Shown: positions 8,446 through 18,295 of the stretch, in pieces
Layout of the letters: each line of letters begins with the position of its first letter
Position numbering within the stretch: position 1 is the first letter of the stretch
DNA from: Spirochaetia bacterium
Lineage (GTDB): Bacteria; Spirochaetota; Spirochaetia; DSM-27196; Salinispiraceae
NCBI GenBank assembly: GCA_038204425.1
Contig: JBBRCZ010000008.1
Location: 74,270-138,269 of the forward strand
Direction of reading: 5' to 3'
Length of the DNA stretch: 64,000 bases
The notes under the pieces: model-generated
Database searches by the model: none
The model's input: only the letters and a program-made list of their open reading frames with translations
What the model was told of the DNA's origin: nothing
Position numbers and translations under genes: made by a program

Positions 8446-11088
8446 TTGAAAATCAAAAAAATTCTAATACCCTTGCTTGTGTTGATCCTAATCCCTATTT
8501 TGGTACTTGGTGTATCTCTGGTGCTAACACTAGTTAAGCTCGAACATCCCTGGAAGCATATACCAGCCGACTATTCCGCCTATGTTCGTATTGATTCCCT
8601 AACTGGACTGCATGACGAATGGCTTGCAGGTAGTCCTTTGCGGGCAATTTTGCAGGACGATCAGTCATTATCAGGCTTTGAGTCGCTATTCCGTACGCTT
8701 GGTGCAAGTGGCTTTGCCAGCAATCAAGTGCTGCGAACTATAGCCGATACCAACGCTCACATTGTAGTAGGAAAAGACGATTCACTTTTGATAATTATAG
8801 ATCTTGGCTGGCGATCGGCGCTAACTAGAGTTGTTCTACCTTTTGCAGGCACTTTTGGCGTGCCGGGTCTTGCCAGATCCGACGAGGATGGGATAGCTTG
8901 GTTTTCTTACGGCACAGGGCGCAGCCAACCACTTTTGGCTCATATCAGAGAAAACCTGCTTTACCTCAGTTTTGAACGAAAAACAATATCAAAAGCTCTG
9001 GCTTTGGCGGGCGGACCCGACAGTCTTTTTGTAGCCGAAAGAAGCCCAATCATAGAAAAGTTTTCGCAAGCTACTCTGAGTAGGCAGGCCAAGCTCTCGT
9101 TGTTAGTTGATGGACAAACAATAAATAAAATTCTGGCCGGTTCTGGCGAGCAAGCTGCCCGGTTTGGCTCGTCATTGGTTTGGAATGATAAAGTCTTGCT
9201 AAGTGCCAGCATTGATGAAAAAAGACTCGATCTGCATTTAGAAAGCAGTCTCAAATCTGGCGATCAAGCTTGGTCGGGACTATGGGAGAGCGTCAGCGGA
9301 GATTTGCCGTCACTGGCTCGCATCCCAGAATCAGCCTACTTTTACACCGCCTTTAGAGCACGAGACAGCAAAATATTGGTCAACAGTTGGGCTGCCTTGA
9401 GCGGCGCAGATGCACTTGCCATCCTCAAACAAGCCGAAGATGGTGCTAGGACACTTTTTGGCGTTGGCCTCGATCAACTATTGTGGTCCTGGTTTAATGG
9501 CGAAGCCGGCATCTTTTATCTGGGAGACAGTCGCGAACCCGTCGTATTTCTTGGCGTAAACGATGTCGCCACAATGGAGTCGGTGCTGCAACGCCTAGAC
9601 CAAAGCTTGGTCTTGGATATTGACAAGAGCCTCTTGCTAGACGGCGTAGCTGTCAACCGCATTGCCTTACCTGAGTTCTTTAAAGCCCTGCTCGGACTAA
9701 TGGGTTTGGAAATTGAGACTCCCTACTTTATGCACAAAGACGGCTTTATTTACTTTTCTATGCAAGCTCGCAATTTGGCACGATTAGAAATTGAAGGGCG
9801 TGAAGGCAAGCTTTTGCAGCGCAGTTTGGCATTTAAAGACTTGGTTGGCGACTCAAGTCGAGATGCCTCATTTTTTGTCTACTACGACCTAGACAAGACC
9901 ACACCTTTTTATCTAAACAGTCCAGGACTACATAACCGACTTTTACGCAAGTTTAATCGCGGCATCGCGGCCTTATATCCGCGCGGAACCGGACTTGACT
10001 TAAGAATCTCTGGCCTAAAAACAAGTGCACAGGGACTTAAGAACTACGCACGATTTCCAATGGAACTTGAGGGTGGACTTCTGGGTGAGCCGGCGATTTG
10101 GTTTGATCGCTATGCCAACGAGGCCATGGTCGCTTGGCTTGACGACTCGCAGTATCTGCGTGTAAAGGGCTTGTCAGAACAGCGCAGCCGTCTGGAATTT
10201 GCAGCCGAATCGGCTCAGCTTATAAGTCCAAGTTGGGAAAGTAAACTTTCTTGGACCAATCCCAAGGGTCAACTTTTTAGAGTCAATCTTGATGCTAGTC
10301 CGGAACTGGGCTTTCCATTGCAAACTACGGCCCAAACTAGTGTTAAGCCCTTGTTGCTTGGGTCTGACTTGCTGTTTTTTAGTCGCTCCGAATCACGATT
10401 TATAAGAATTGATCCCAAGGCTGGTCAACATGCGTGGGGTGAGGTTCTAAACGGCCTCGTTCTTCATCAAGCAGTTTGGGATGGCAAGGATGCGGTTGCT
10501 TGGTCAATCAAAGACTTTGAATCACCCGTTTACCTTGCCAAAAAAGATGGCAGCGTACTGCCTGGTTGGCCGGTTAATGGTGGCGGAATAAGTCTATCGG
10601 GGCCAACGTTGTTTGAAGATCAAGGTCAAACCAAGCTTGCTTTTTTGAGTCAGGAAGGCGTTTTAAGTGTTTGGAACAAAGAGGGCCAGACACAAACTGG
10701 TTTTCCTGTAGAACTTGAAGGTACTTACCATGCTCAAGCGCAAATCCTTCGTTCAAAAACTACTTACCTCATTGCGGTTATTTCAACGCTTGGACAATTG
10801 TCCTTGTACGACAAGCAAGGCCAGCTACTTGTGAGTCGGACGCTCAGAAATGCCGACCTGGACGCCAAATTAGTTAGCTTGGACTTAAAGTCCGACCTCG
10901 AAGAAAAATTGTTTGTCTACGGTGGCAAAAATACGATTGACGCTTTTGATCGCAACCTCGAGGTGGTGGAAGGATTTCCCTTGGCAGGCTACGGCAAGCC
11001 TCAACTGCTCGATCTTGATCGCGACAATAATATGGAACTAGTAACTTGGGGATTTGAAGGAAGATTATATGTTTATAGCTTCAACTAG
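8446..11088 (+). CDS. Membrane-anchored protein: DUF3352-like N-terminal region plus C-terminal beta-propeller-like (FG-GAP/VCBS-like) repeats
   Basis: N-terminal TM helix. Recurring GFP/GWP motifs (GFPLQT, GWPVNG, GFPVELEG, GFPLAG) and a DLDRDNNMELV Ca-loop-like motif. Confidence 0.6.
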   Translation: MKIKKILIPLLVLILIPILVLGVSLVLTLVKLEHPWKHIPADYSAYVRIDSLTGLHDEWLAGSPLRAILQDDQSLSGFESLFRTLGASGFASNQVLRTIADTNAHIVVGKDDSLLIIIDLGWRSALTRVVLPFAGTFGVPGLARSDEDGIAWFSYGTGRSQPLLAHIRENLLYLSFERKTISKALALAGGPDSLFVAERSPIIEKFSQATLSRQAKLSLLVDGQTINKILAGSGEQAARFGSSLVWNDKVLLSASIDEKRLDLHLESSLKSGDQAWSGLWESVSGDLPSLARIPESAYFYTAFRARDSKILVNSWAALSGADALAILKQAEDGARTLFGVGLDQLLWSWFNGEAGIFYLGDSREPVVFLGVNDVATMESVLQRLDQSLVLDIDKSLLLDGVAVNRIALPEFFKALLGLMGLEIETPYFMHKDGFIYFSMQARNLARLEIEGREGKLLQRSLAFKDLVGDSSRDASFFVYYDLDKTTPFYLNSPGLHNRLLRKFNRGIAALYPRGTGLDLRISGLKTSAQGLKNYARFPMELEGGLLGEPAIWFDRYANEAMVAWLDDSQYLRVKGLSEQRSRLEFAAESAQLISPSWESKLSWTNPKGQLFRVNLDASPELGFPLQTTAQTSVKPLLLGSDLLFFSRSESRFIRIDPKAGQHAWGEVLNGLVLHQAVWDGKDAVAWSIKDFESPVYLAKKDGSVLPGWPVNGGGISLSGPTLFEDQGQTKLAFLSQEGVLSVWNKEGQTQTGFPVELEGTYHAQAQILRSKTTYLIAVISTLGQLSLYDKQGQLLVSRTLRNADLDAKLVSLDLKSDLEEKLFVYGGKNTIDAFDRNLEVVEGFPLAGYGKPQLLDLDRDNNMELVTWGFEGRLYVYSFN

Positions 11089-11107
11089 ACAAGAAGTAAG
11101 GCTTAGC

Positions 11108-12178
11108 ATGCGCAAGCGTGCGCTGGCGGCTTTGATAGTTATCTGTGCTTTTTTGCTAGCCTCATGCGGGACATTCTCGCAGACGGTGGTGCGCTCAAGC
11201 CCCGACAAAGGCAGTTACCAGCGCCTGTCGGCGTTGGAAGAAAAAATTGCTTCAATAGCCGCTGGGCAGCTGACCGACGCACAAAACATGCTTGAAGAAG
11301 CAAAGTACTTGCTTGACACCTACCTCTGGGAACGCCACGAGCAAGCCCGTATTTGGGGCATACGCGGGCAAATTGCTTGGTATACCAGCCGTAGTGACCT
11401 CTTGTCATTGTCACTAAGTACGCTAGAAAAACTCGCTGCAAGCGGCACACACGCTATCTTGCTCAAGTCTCGTGTGGAAACCGATTTAAGCCAAGCCCTC
11501 AAAATACTTGACCAGAGCTTTGATCCTGACGCAAAAGACAAGGACCCAAGTACAGCCTTGCTGAGAGCAGAACGCGCGCGCCGGCTTTTTGCTGCCGGGC
11601 AATGGAAGCAGGCCGCCGCTGAGTTTGACCGCGCATTTTTGGGGCTCAGCCAAGCTTGGATTGCTGTTTATAAAGATGCAAGAAACCAGGCCTTCCAAAA
11701 GCGCGACCTAGTGCCAGCAAAAAGTGACAAAGAAGCGGCCTTACTTGGCAAAGATGCATTGGATGTTGAAAGTCTTATTGGTTTGGCTCTGCTAAGAAGC
11801 AAAGCACTCGATGGCTTTGGCAAAGAGTCAATTGAAGCCTTGGCAAATCTGGCCTTTAAGTTAGATCAGCTTGGTATGCTCAAACGAAAACAGCAAGGAC
11901 TTGACGCCTCTCAAAACCGGCTGGAACTTGCATGGTTCCTTTTTTCCTTGGTAGCAGCTCAGGAAGGCAATCGCGCTGTGCCGGAAAACGATCGTCGCCG
12001 AAGCGCCAGCCCAATCGCTGATCTTGAGCGCAGCTCTGAGTTCTTCTTTGCTGTACTTGGTGTTGTTCGTCGTGAGCTTATGGATTTGCGCTCAGGCAAT
12101 AAATTTGAAGGTGAGGCAACTGTCAGCATCCAAGAATACTTGAAAGCGCTCGATGCGTACCGGAAGCTCTACCCATGA
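11108..12178 (+). CDS. Lipoprotein with a helical TPR-like region and a C-terminal SLH-like segment
   Basis: Start ATG 11108 gives MRKRALAALIVICAFLLASC (lipobox). Alpha-helical repeats. The C-terminus PIADL...FFAVLGVVRRELM....NKFEGEATVS resembles an S-layer homology repeat. Confidence 0.6.
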   Translation: MRKRALAALIVICAFLLASCGTFSQTVVRSSPDKGSYQRLSALEEKIASIAAGQLTDAQNMLEEAKYLLDTYLWERHEQARIWGIRGQIAWYTSRSDLLSLSLSTLEKLAASGTHAILLKSRVETDLSQALKILDQSFDPDAKDKDPSTALLRAERARRLFAAGQWKQAAAEFDRAFLGLSQAWIAVYKDARNQAFQKRDLVPAKSDKEAALLGKDALDVESLIGLALLRSKALDGFGKESIEALANLAFKLDQLGMLKRKQQGLDASQNRLELAWFLFSLVAAQEGNRAVPENDRRRSASPIADLERSSEFFFAVLGVVRRELMDLRSGNKFEGEATVSIQEYLKALDAYRKLYP

Positions 12179-12510
12179 TTCAGGTAATTGGAAGCAAGAA
12201 AGATCGCAGAACTCAAAAAATTCAACGTTATGCTGCTGAGAGAAAAATTAAGATACATCTGAGAGACATCAGTGAAAAGCCACTCAGCGAAGGCGAACTT
12301 GACAACTGTGCCCAAGTCTTAGGTGGCCATAAAAACCTGATAGATCAAGACTCTTTGGCTTATCAAAAACGAGGTCTTGCCCACATGGACTTTCAAGCCC
12401 GAGAAGAACTGTTGGCAAACGTCATGCTGCTCAAAATTCCCATCGTCCGAGTCGACAAAAAAGCTTGGTTACAACCTGATGATGCGGTGCTGGCTCAGAT
12501 ATTTACCTGA
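12175..12510 (+). CDS. ArsC/Spx/YffB-family thioredoxin-fold protein
   Basis: 111 aa with MIQVIGSKK...DISEKPLSEGEL...LID..S..Y...LLKIPIV pattern. The usual N-terminal Cys motif is absent. Confidence 0.75.
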   Translation: MIQVIGSKKDRRTQKIQRYAAERKIKIHLRDISEKPLSEGELDNCAQVLGGHKNLIDQDSLAYQKRGLAHMDFQAREELLANVMLLKIPIVRVDKKAWLQPDDAVLAQIFT

Positions 12511-12523
12511 GCCAGCCAGCAAA

Positions 12524-13117
12524 TCAACCAAAACTAATAGAAGAACTTTGACGGCCTTCAATCAACAAAAGCATGATTAGAGCAGCGATGCCCAATCGCC
12601 TATCGATCTTTTTGGCACTATCCAGGGAGTAATCCGCCTCAAACTTGTGCACAAAAAAGGCAAATTTTTGATCGATTGTTGCCAGAGGTGTTTGGTCGCT
12701 GTTACTTAGGATTTGATAGTGCTGCGGAATCAGAGATATCAACTTTGACAAAATTGCCATGCCCATTGAGGTTTCAGTGACTTTAGCGATAACCGTGTCG
12801 CTGCTGTCCATCAAGATCCATTCGTCTTTAACTATGGACTTAAAACCTTTGCGCTTGAGAGCACCAACTTTTTGTCCAGTTGCAACATCGGTGACGTCGT
12901 AGGCAGCAGAAAAGTCAATTATTTGACGAGCTTTGATGTTTAAAAGTGGGACTGTCATTGCCTCATCTGAATAGACAGTAATGTCCTCTCTGAGTTTAAA
13001 GAGCTTCTGTTTAACGTAGGCCAAAAGATTTCCTTGTTCGTCCTCTATAAAAACTTGTCCGGCCAGTGCCCAAAACTTCTTGCGAGCCCGTACCTTATCA
13101 GTGTCAAATTGCGCCAT
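12524..13117 (-). CDS. LURP-one/scramblase-like (tubby C-terminal-like) family protein
   Basis: KQKLFKLREDITVYSDE...IKARQIIDFSAAYDVTD...KVGALKRKGFKSI pattern. Start moved to ATG 13117. Confidence 0.7.
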   Translation of the reverse strand: MAQFDTDKVRARKKFWALAGQVFIEDEQGNLLAYVKQKLFKLREDITVYSDEAMTVPLLNIKARQIIDFSAAYDVTDVATGQKVGALKRKGFKSIVKDEWILMDSSDTVIAKVTETSMGMAILSKLISLIPQHYQILSNSDQTPLATIDQKFAFFVHKFEADYSLDSAKKIDRRLGIAALIMLLLIEGRQSSSISFG

Positions 13118-13278
13118 CCAAATCTCCTTATTTATCAAAGTATAGGGCAAGTGCTCCAAGGCAACAAGTAAGCAGAAATTTATAGTACCTAAAGAAGTAA
13201 GGTCTCAGGGCTTGTTTTTTTGCCTTAGTCCGGCTACAAAGACTGCTCAAGTTGCGAACAATAAATGAGGATTAAACT

Positions 13279-14277
13279 ATGTGGTTAAAAATAGCTCAGG
13301 ATATAATGGACGGAGGACAGTTGACGAGAGAGCAGGCTTTGAGTTTGCTCAAGGCGGATGATGTTGATTGTTTGCAAATCGTCGACGCTGCAGCCCGACT
13401 GCGCCGTAAGTATTTTGGCAACACCGTAAAGGTCAATATTCTGACCAACGCCAAGCGCGCACTGTGCGCAGAAGACTGCCATTATTGTGGCCAATCCAAA
13501 GATGCAGAAAACAGCGAAGGCAAGCATCCTTTTGTGCCTGGCGATGAGCTTTTGGAACAAGCACGGGCCGCCAAAGCAGCTGGCGCAGCCCGCTTTTGCG
13601 TAACAATGGCGGTCCGCACACCGAGCTGGAGCGTGGTCAATCAGCTGGCTGACAGCGCCCGCAGTATCAAGAGCGAACTTGGTATGGAAGTTTGTGCGTC
13701 GCTTGGCCTAATGACTGGTACTATTGGCAAAGACAAACTCAAGTTTTTGAGCGAAAATGGTGTTGATGCTTATAATCACAACCTCAACACTCACCGTGAC
13801 ATTTACCCAAGTATTTGCACTACTCACACCTATGACGATAGACTAGAAACTATTCGCAACGCCAGAGAGGCCGGCTTGTCGGTATGCAGTGGCCTAATAG
13901 TGGGCATGGGAGAGAGCGACGAACAAATGGTTGACCTTGCCTTTAGCCTGCGAGACGAAGACGTCGAAAGTATCCCGGTCAATTTCCTTATTCCTGTTGA
14001 GGGCACCAAGATGGGAAACAAAGGTACAACCGATCACTTTACGCCATGGAAGTGTCTCAAGTACTTGTCACTGTTTAGAATGGTACACCCCAAGGCTGAG
14101 CTGCGCGCCTCAGCCGGCCGCGAAGTGCATATCCGCAGTCTGCAAGCGCTGGCGCTGATGGTAGCAAACAGCATTTTTGCCGATGGCTATCTAACCCAAG
14201 ATGGTCAAGGTGCCGACAAAGACATGGCCATGATTGCTGACCTTGGACTTGTACCGGTGGAATTTAACTATTCTTGA
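13279..14277 (+). CDS. bioB: Biotin synthase (radical SAM)
   Basis: [11 protein letters not shown] (CxxxCxxC), [46 protein letters not shown]. Confidence 0.95.
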   Translation: MWLKIAQDIMDGGQLTREQALSLLKADDVDCLQIVDAAARLRRKYFGNTVKVNILTNAKRALCAEDCHYCGQSKDAENSEGKHPFVPGDELLEQARAAKAAGAARFCVTMAVRTPSWSVVNQLADSARSIKSELGMEVCASLGLMTGTIGKDKLKFLSENGVDAYNHNLNTHRDIYPSICTTHTYDDRLETIRNAREAGLSVCSGLIVGMGESDEQMVDLAFSLRDEDVESIPVNFLIPVEGTKMGNKGTTDHFTPWKCLKYLSLFRMVHPKAELRASAGREVHIRSLQALALMVANSIFADGYLTQDGQGADKDMAMIADLGLVPVEFNYS

Positions 14278-15209
14278 AGCTTCTCCGTCTTGCTCGACAA
14301 AGCTTCTAAATTAAAAGGCGTAGCTTGGTAGACCGAATAGTTTAGCCAGTTAGCGTACAACAAGTGGGCATGAGCGCGCCAGGTCAAACGTGGGGCAGCG
14401 CTAATGTCGTCTGACGGAAAATAGTGGGCTGGCACCTCAATTGGCAAGCCTTTGTTGAGGTCGCGATGGTACTCGGCACCCAGCGAGTGGCAGTCGTACT
14501 CAGGGTGGCCGGTTACAAATATCTGACGGCCATCACGAGACACCACCATAAACACACCTGCTTCATCTGACTCGGCCAAGAGTTTAAGCTTACTTTTTAT
14601 GAGTATGTCTTCTCGTCTGACTTCCGTATGGCGAGAATGCGGCGCAATAAACACTTCGTCAAAGCCACGCACAATAGGCTCATATTTGTCCAAAATTCGA
14701 TGTTCAAAAACGCCAAAGGTCTTTTTCTCCAAGGCGTACTTGGGCACTCCGTAGTGATGATAGAGTCCCGCTTGGGCTCCCCAGCAAATATGCAGGGTAG
14801 AAAAAACATTGCTCAGGCTCCAGTCCAAGATCTTTTTCATCTCTGGCCAATAGTCCACCTCTTCAAAGGGCAAATTTTCTACTGGAGCGCCCGTAATAAC
14901 CAAACCGTCGAATCTACGATCTTTGATTTGATCAAAGGTGGCGTAGAAGGCTTGCATGTGTTCAGCGGCGGTGTTCTTGCTTTGATGACTATCCATGTGC
15001 AAGAGCGTAATTTCTATTTGCAGAGGTGTATTGCCCAAAAGACGCAAGAGCTGCGTCTCGGTTTCTATCTTGGTGGGCATTAGGTTGAGAATCACTATCT
15101 GAAGTGGCCTAATGTCTTGCAGCTCGGCCCGCTCAGAGGTCATGACGAAGATGTTCTCTTCTTGCAAACGAGAGGTGGCTGGTAGGTTTTGTGGAATTCT
15201 AACCGGCAT
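14268..15209 (-). CDS. metA: Homoserine O-succinyl/acetyltransferase, MetA family
   Basis: [40 protein letters not shown] motifs. The Glu in GAPVE..FEE is compatible with acetyltransferase specificity. Confidence 0.95.
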   Translation of the reverse strand: MPVRIPQNLPATSRLQEENIFVMTSERAELQDIRPLQIVILNLMPTKIETETQLLRLLGNTPLQIEITLLHMDSHQSKNTAAEHMQAFYATFDQIKDRRFDGLVITGAPVENLPFEEVDYWPEMKKILDWSLSNVFSTLHICWGAQAGLYHHYGVPKYALEKKTFGVFEHRILDKYEPIVRGFDEVFIAPHSRHTEVRREDILIKSKLKLLAESDEAGVFMVVSRDGRQIFVTGHPEYDCHSLGAEYHRDLNKGLPIEVPAHYFPSDDISAAPRLTWRAHAHLLYANWLNYSVYQATPFNLEALSSKTEKLQE

Positions 15210-15296
15210 AGCATGCTCCTTTCCCTGAGGGTGGAAAGAATATACTAAATTTTTTGAGTTATGTCCGCTAAAATGACAGCAAAACTGCTTGAGGAT

Positions 15297-16412
15297 CTAG
15301 AGCAGCTGGTCTGGGTTGAGCGCCAATAAGTCCTCGCTCACAAACAGCCCATCTTTGCGCACCAAGACATTGTCAAACCAAATCTCTCCGCCACCGTAGT
15401 CTGGGCGCTGAATGAGCACCAAATCCCAATGAATAGAAGATTGATTTCCGTTGCTCGCCTCGTCATAGCAACGGCCTGGAGTGAGGTGCAAGCTACCGGC
15501 AATTTTTTCGTCAAAGAGTGTGTCTTTCATAGGGTGGAGAATGTAAGGGTTTACACCAATCGCAAACTCACCCACAAAGCGCGCACCATCGTCGCTGTCA
15601 AGGATAGAGTTGAGCCTGATGCTGTCATTGCTTGTTGCTTCTACTATTTTGCCATTTTTAAAGGCTAACTTGATATCGCTAAAACTCGAGCCTTGGTAGA
15701 CACTGGGCGTGTTGTAGCTAATAGTGCCATTGATACTGTCTCGGACTGGTGCTGTAAAGACCTCGCCATCAGGTATGTTGAGTCTACCGTCGCACTTAAT
15801 TGCAGGTATTCCTTTAATCGAAAAACTGAGCTCTGTCCCCGGGGAAACTATCCTGACTTGGTCGGTGGATTGCATGCGGCTCACGAGTGCGTCCATAGCC
15901 TTAGACATACGGCTATAGTCAAGATTGCACACCTTAAAATAGAAGTCCTCAAAACGCTCGTGACTCATACCCGCGAGCTGGGCCATGCTGTTGTTTGGAT
16001 AGCGCAAAATACACCATTTTGTTTTTTTTACTCTAATGTCACTGTGGACAGGTGACCACCACAATTTTTGATAGAGCTCCAACTTGTCAGCCGGCAAATC
16101 TGCAAGCTCACTCACATTGTCACCACCGCGGATTCCTATGTAGGCTTGCATGGCGCTCATACGTTCTTGTTCCCATGCTGCTTCTTGTTTAATCTGAGCT
16201 GGGTCGGCGTTCTCCAAAAGCACCCGCAAAAGCTCGTTGTTGCGAATTGCCATAAAAGGCAGACCGCCTGCCTTGTAGGCTGCCCTAATTAACTCGCGCG
16301 TCAGCATCACCTCGTTGCCAATGTTTTCTATGAGGACTTTTTCGCCCGGCTGGAGCCTGACCGAATAGTTGATAAGATGGTGTGCCAACTGAGCAAAACG
16401 TGAATCTTTCAT
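15297..16412 (-). CDS. Aminopeptidase, peptidase M29 (AmpS/PepS-like)
   Basis: NIPDGEVFTAP, GEFAIG, LFDEKIAGSLH, SSIHWD motifs. Start moved to ATG 16412. Confidence 0.9.
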   Translation of the reverse strand: MKDSRFAQLAHHLINYSVRLQPGEKVLIENIGNEVMLTRELIRAAYKAGGLPFMAIRNNELLRVLLENADPAQIKQEAAWEQERMSAMQAYIGIRGGDNVSELADLPADKLELYQKLWWSPVHSDIRVKKTKWCILRYPNNSMAQLAGMSHERFEDFYFKVCNLDYSRMSKAMDALVSRMQSTDQVRIVSPGTELSFSIKGIPAIKCDGRLNIPDGEVFTAPVRDSINGTISYNTPSVYQGSSFSDIKLAFKNGKIVEATSNDSIRLNSILDSDDGARFVGEFAIGVNPYILHPMKDTLFDEKIAGSLHLTPGRCYDEASNGNQSSIHWDLVLIQRPDYGGGEIWFDNVLVRKDGLFVSEDLLALNPDQLL

Positions 16413-16416
16413 AGGC

Positions 16417-17130
16417 TTAGGATACTTGTATGGCCACCGTGCTGTCAAAGGGAAACTTGATTACCCAATCACACTGCCGCGCTTCATGCGCATCGTGGGT
16501 GGCGGTTATGACGCTGGTTCCAACTCGCTTCCAAGCTTGACTTGCCAAAGCCAATAAGTCTTCTCCCTCGCTATCAAGGTTCTGTTGGGGTTCGTCGAGC
16601 AAAACCAAGGGGGCACGTCGTGCCAGCACATAGGCAAGGTAGACTTTCTGACGTTCGCCACCTGAGAGCACACCGAGTGTCTTCTTCTGCTTTTTTTCCA
16701 TACCTACAAATTCCAACGCTGCTTGAACCACTTCTTCGTCGTGAGCATCAAAGGCCTCAAAAAGGCCTCGATTAGGAAAATGCGCCATTCTGACCAAGTC
16801 TCTCACCCTCATCGGCAAGAGTGGATTGGAAGGATGAAATTGCCCCAGCCAGGCCAGACTCTTGCTTGCATGACGCGGCTCGTGACCAAGTATCTTGACG
16901 CTTCCTGCTAACGCTCCAATTAAACCAGCCACTGTCGACAAAAACGTTGTTTTTCCCGATCCGTTGCCGCCAACCAAGGCCAGAGATTGTCCGGCTTGCA
17001 TAGTGATGCTTATATCGCTGGCAAGTGCCAGACTTCCATAACCAATTGATACCTTAGAAACCTCAAGCAGCGCGGCACCATGGCTTGGCTTTTGTGACTC
17101 TACAAACAAGAGCTCATGTCTTGGATTCAT
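16417..17130 (-). CDS. Zn/Mn-type metal ABC transporter ATP-binding subunit (ZnuC/AztA-like)
   Basis: GGNGSGKT Walker A, LSGGERQ signature, LLDEP Walker B, THD H-loop. Adjacent to the permease. Confidence 0.9.
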   Translation of the reverse strand: MNPRHELLFVESQKPSHGAALLEVSKVSIGYGSLALASDISITMQAGQSLALVGGNGSGKTTFLSTVAGLIGALAGSVKILGHEPRHASKSLAWLGQFHPSNPLLPMRVRDLVRMAHFPNRGLFEAFDAHDEEVVQAALEFVGMEKKQKKTLGVLSGGERQKVYLAYVLARRAPLVLLDEPQQNLDSEGEDLLALASQAWKRVGTSVITATHDAHEARQCDWVIKFPFDSTVAIQVS

Positions 17131-17972
17131 GCTGCGTCCCTTCGGTAGCGATCTTTTAGAGTGCTAAACAACCACTCGCCCAAGAGCGTAGCAAAAAAGA
17201 AGCAGACTGCCGTTAAGATTATCGATGCCCCAGCTGCAAAACGTCCATAGTAGCTAATGACTAGGCCAATAAAGACGCTCAAGCTGCCAATAGTCCCGGA
17301 AACGAGCATCTGTGCAGCCATACTGTGTACCAGTACGGCTGCACTGGCGGCCGGTGCCACCAAAAGACCAAAGACCAACATTGTGCCTACGGTTTGGAAG
17401 GAAACGATTACTGTTGAAGCAATTAGCACCAGCATTATTGTGTGTAGCAGTCGTGGATTGTAACCAGACACACGCGCGTACTCTGGAGAAAAACACAAGA
17501 GTAGGAACGGTCTGCGCAAAACCCAACTTATGATAATCAAGACCACAAGAGCGACAGCTTGTACTAGCAAGTCGGCGGCCGACACACCAAGTATCTCGCC
17601 AAACAAGATTTTTATCAGATCTCCAGAGAAAGAACTGGACCTAGAAACGATTACCACACCTAGCGCCAGCATGCCGACGAACAAGAGGCCAATTGCGGTA
17701 TCTGCTGAAAGTCGTGTGCGCTTTTGAATCAAACTAATGCCGCCAATCATAGCAAGTGCGCCAAGGCCTGCTCCAGCAAGTCCGGGCGCACCTACCAAGA
17801 CGGCACCGGCCACACCAGGCAAGACGCCATGCGCCAAGGCATCACCGATAAACGATAAGCCACGCAAAACCATCCAGGTGCCGACGATACCGCACAGGAA
17901 GGCCGCAAGAACTCCAGAGCAAAGTGCCATGAGCATAAAATTATTCTCTATAAAGAGATTGACGACGTTCAT
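17127..17972 (-). CDS. Zn/Mn-type metal ABC transporter permease (ZnuB/AztB-like)
   Basis: GLSFIGDALAHGVLPGVA, LFGEILGV and VGTMLVFGLLVAPAA ABC-3 motifs. Multiple TM helices. Confidence 0.92.
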   Translation of the reverse strand: MNVVNLFIENNFMLMALCSGVLAAFLCGIVGTWMVLRGLSFIGDALAHGVLPGVAGAVLVGAPGLAGAGLGALAMIGGISLIQKRTRLSADTAIGLLFVGMLALGVVIVSRSSSFSGDLIKILFGEILGVSAADLLVQAVALVVLIIISWVLRRPFLLLCFSPEYARVSGYNPRLLHTIMLVLIASTVIVSFQTVGTMLVFGLLVAPAASAAVLVHSMAAQMLVSGTIGSLSVFIGLVISYYGRFAAGASIILTAVCFFFATLLGEWLFSTLKDRYRRDAA

Positions 17973-18229
17973 TTACTTGGATCCTCGTAGTTGCAGTGAA
18001 TATGAACAGCTTGGCAGTCGTCACATTCTTCGACGACGTGATGCTGCAAAAAATCTTGCCAGTGTTTTTTTTGCGAGGGACTCAAACTACCACTTCCCTG
18101 GCAGAGTGGGCAGACATTGTTCATGGCAGATAAAATTGCCTGCCGGATAAATTCAGACTTGTTTGGTAGACGCTGAATGACACCAGCCATATCCGCGTCT
18201 ACCTTAAAAGTAATCACTTCATTTTTCAT
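17969..18229 (-). CDS. Ribbon-helix-helix (CopG-like) regulator with a Cys/His-rich putative metal-binding C-terminus
   Basis: MKNEVITFKVD...NKSEFIRQAI is an RHH pattern. It is followed by CPLCQGSG...HW...HH..EECDDC...HIHC. The stop overlaps the permease start (ATGA). Confidence 0.8.
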   Translation of the reverse strand: MKNEVITFKVDADMAGVIQRLPNKSEFIRQAILSAMNNVCPLCQGSGSLSPSQKKHWQDFLQHHVVEECDDCQAVHIHCNYEDPSK

Positions 18230-18245
18230 CTGCCTGGCCCCCAAA

Positions 18246-18262
18246 GTATAACAAGGTAATAC
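18246..18262. promoter_or_regulatory. Putative 17-bp operator GTATAAC-AAG-GTAATAC upstream of the RHH gene
   Basis: One mismatch to GTATTAC-N3-GTAATAC. Overlaps a minus-strand TATACT (-10-like, 18250-18245). Confidence 0.7.
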
Positions 18263-18295
18263 CAGTCAGCAAATCGGGTTGTCAAGTCAACTAGG

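Noticed and set aside
15210..15296. SAM riboswitch or T-box upstream of metA
   Set aside because: The intergenic region is only 87 bp and lacks the conserved elements.
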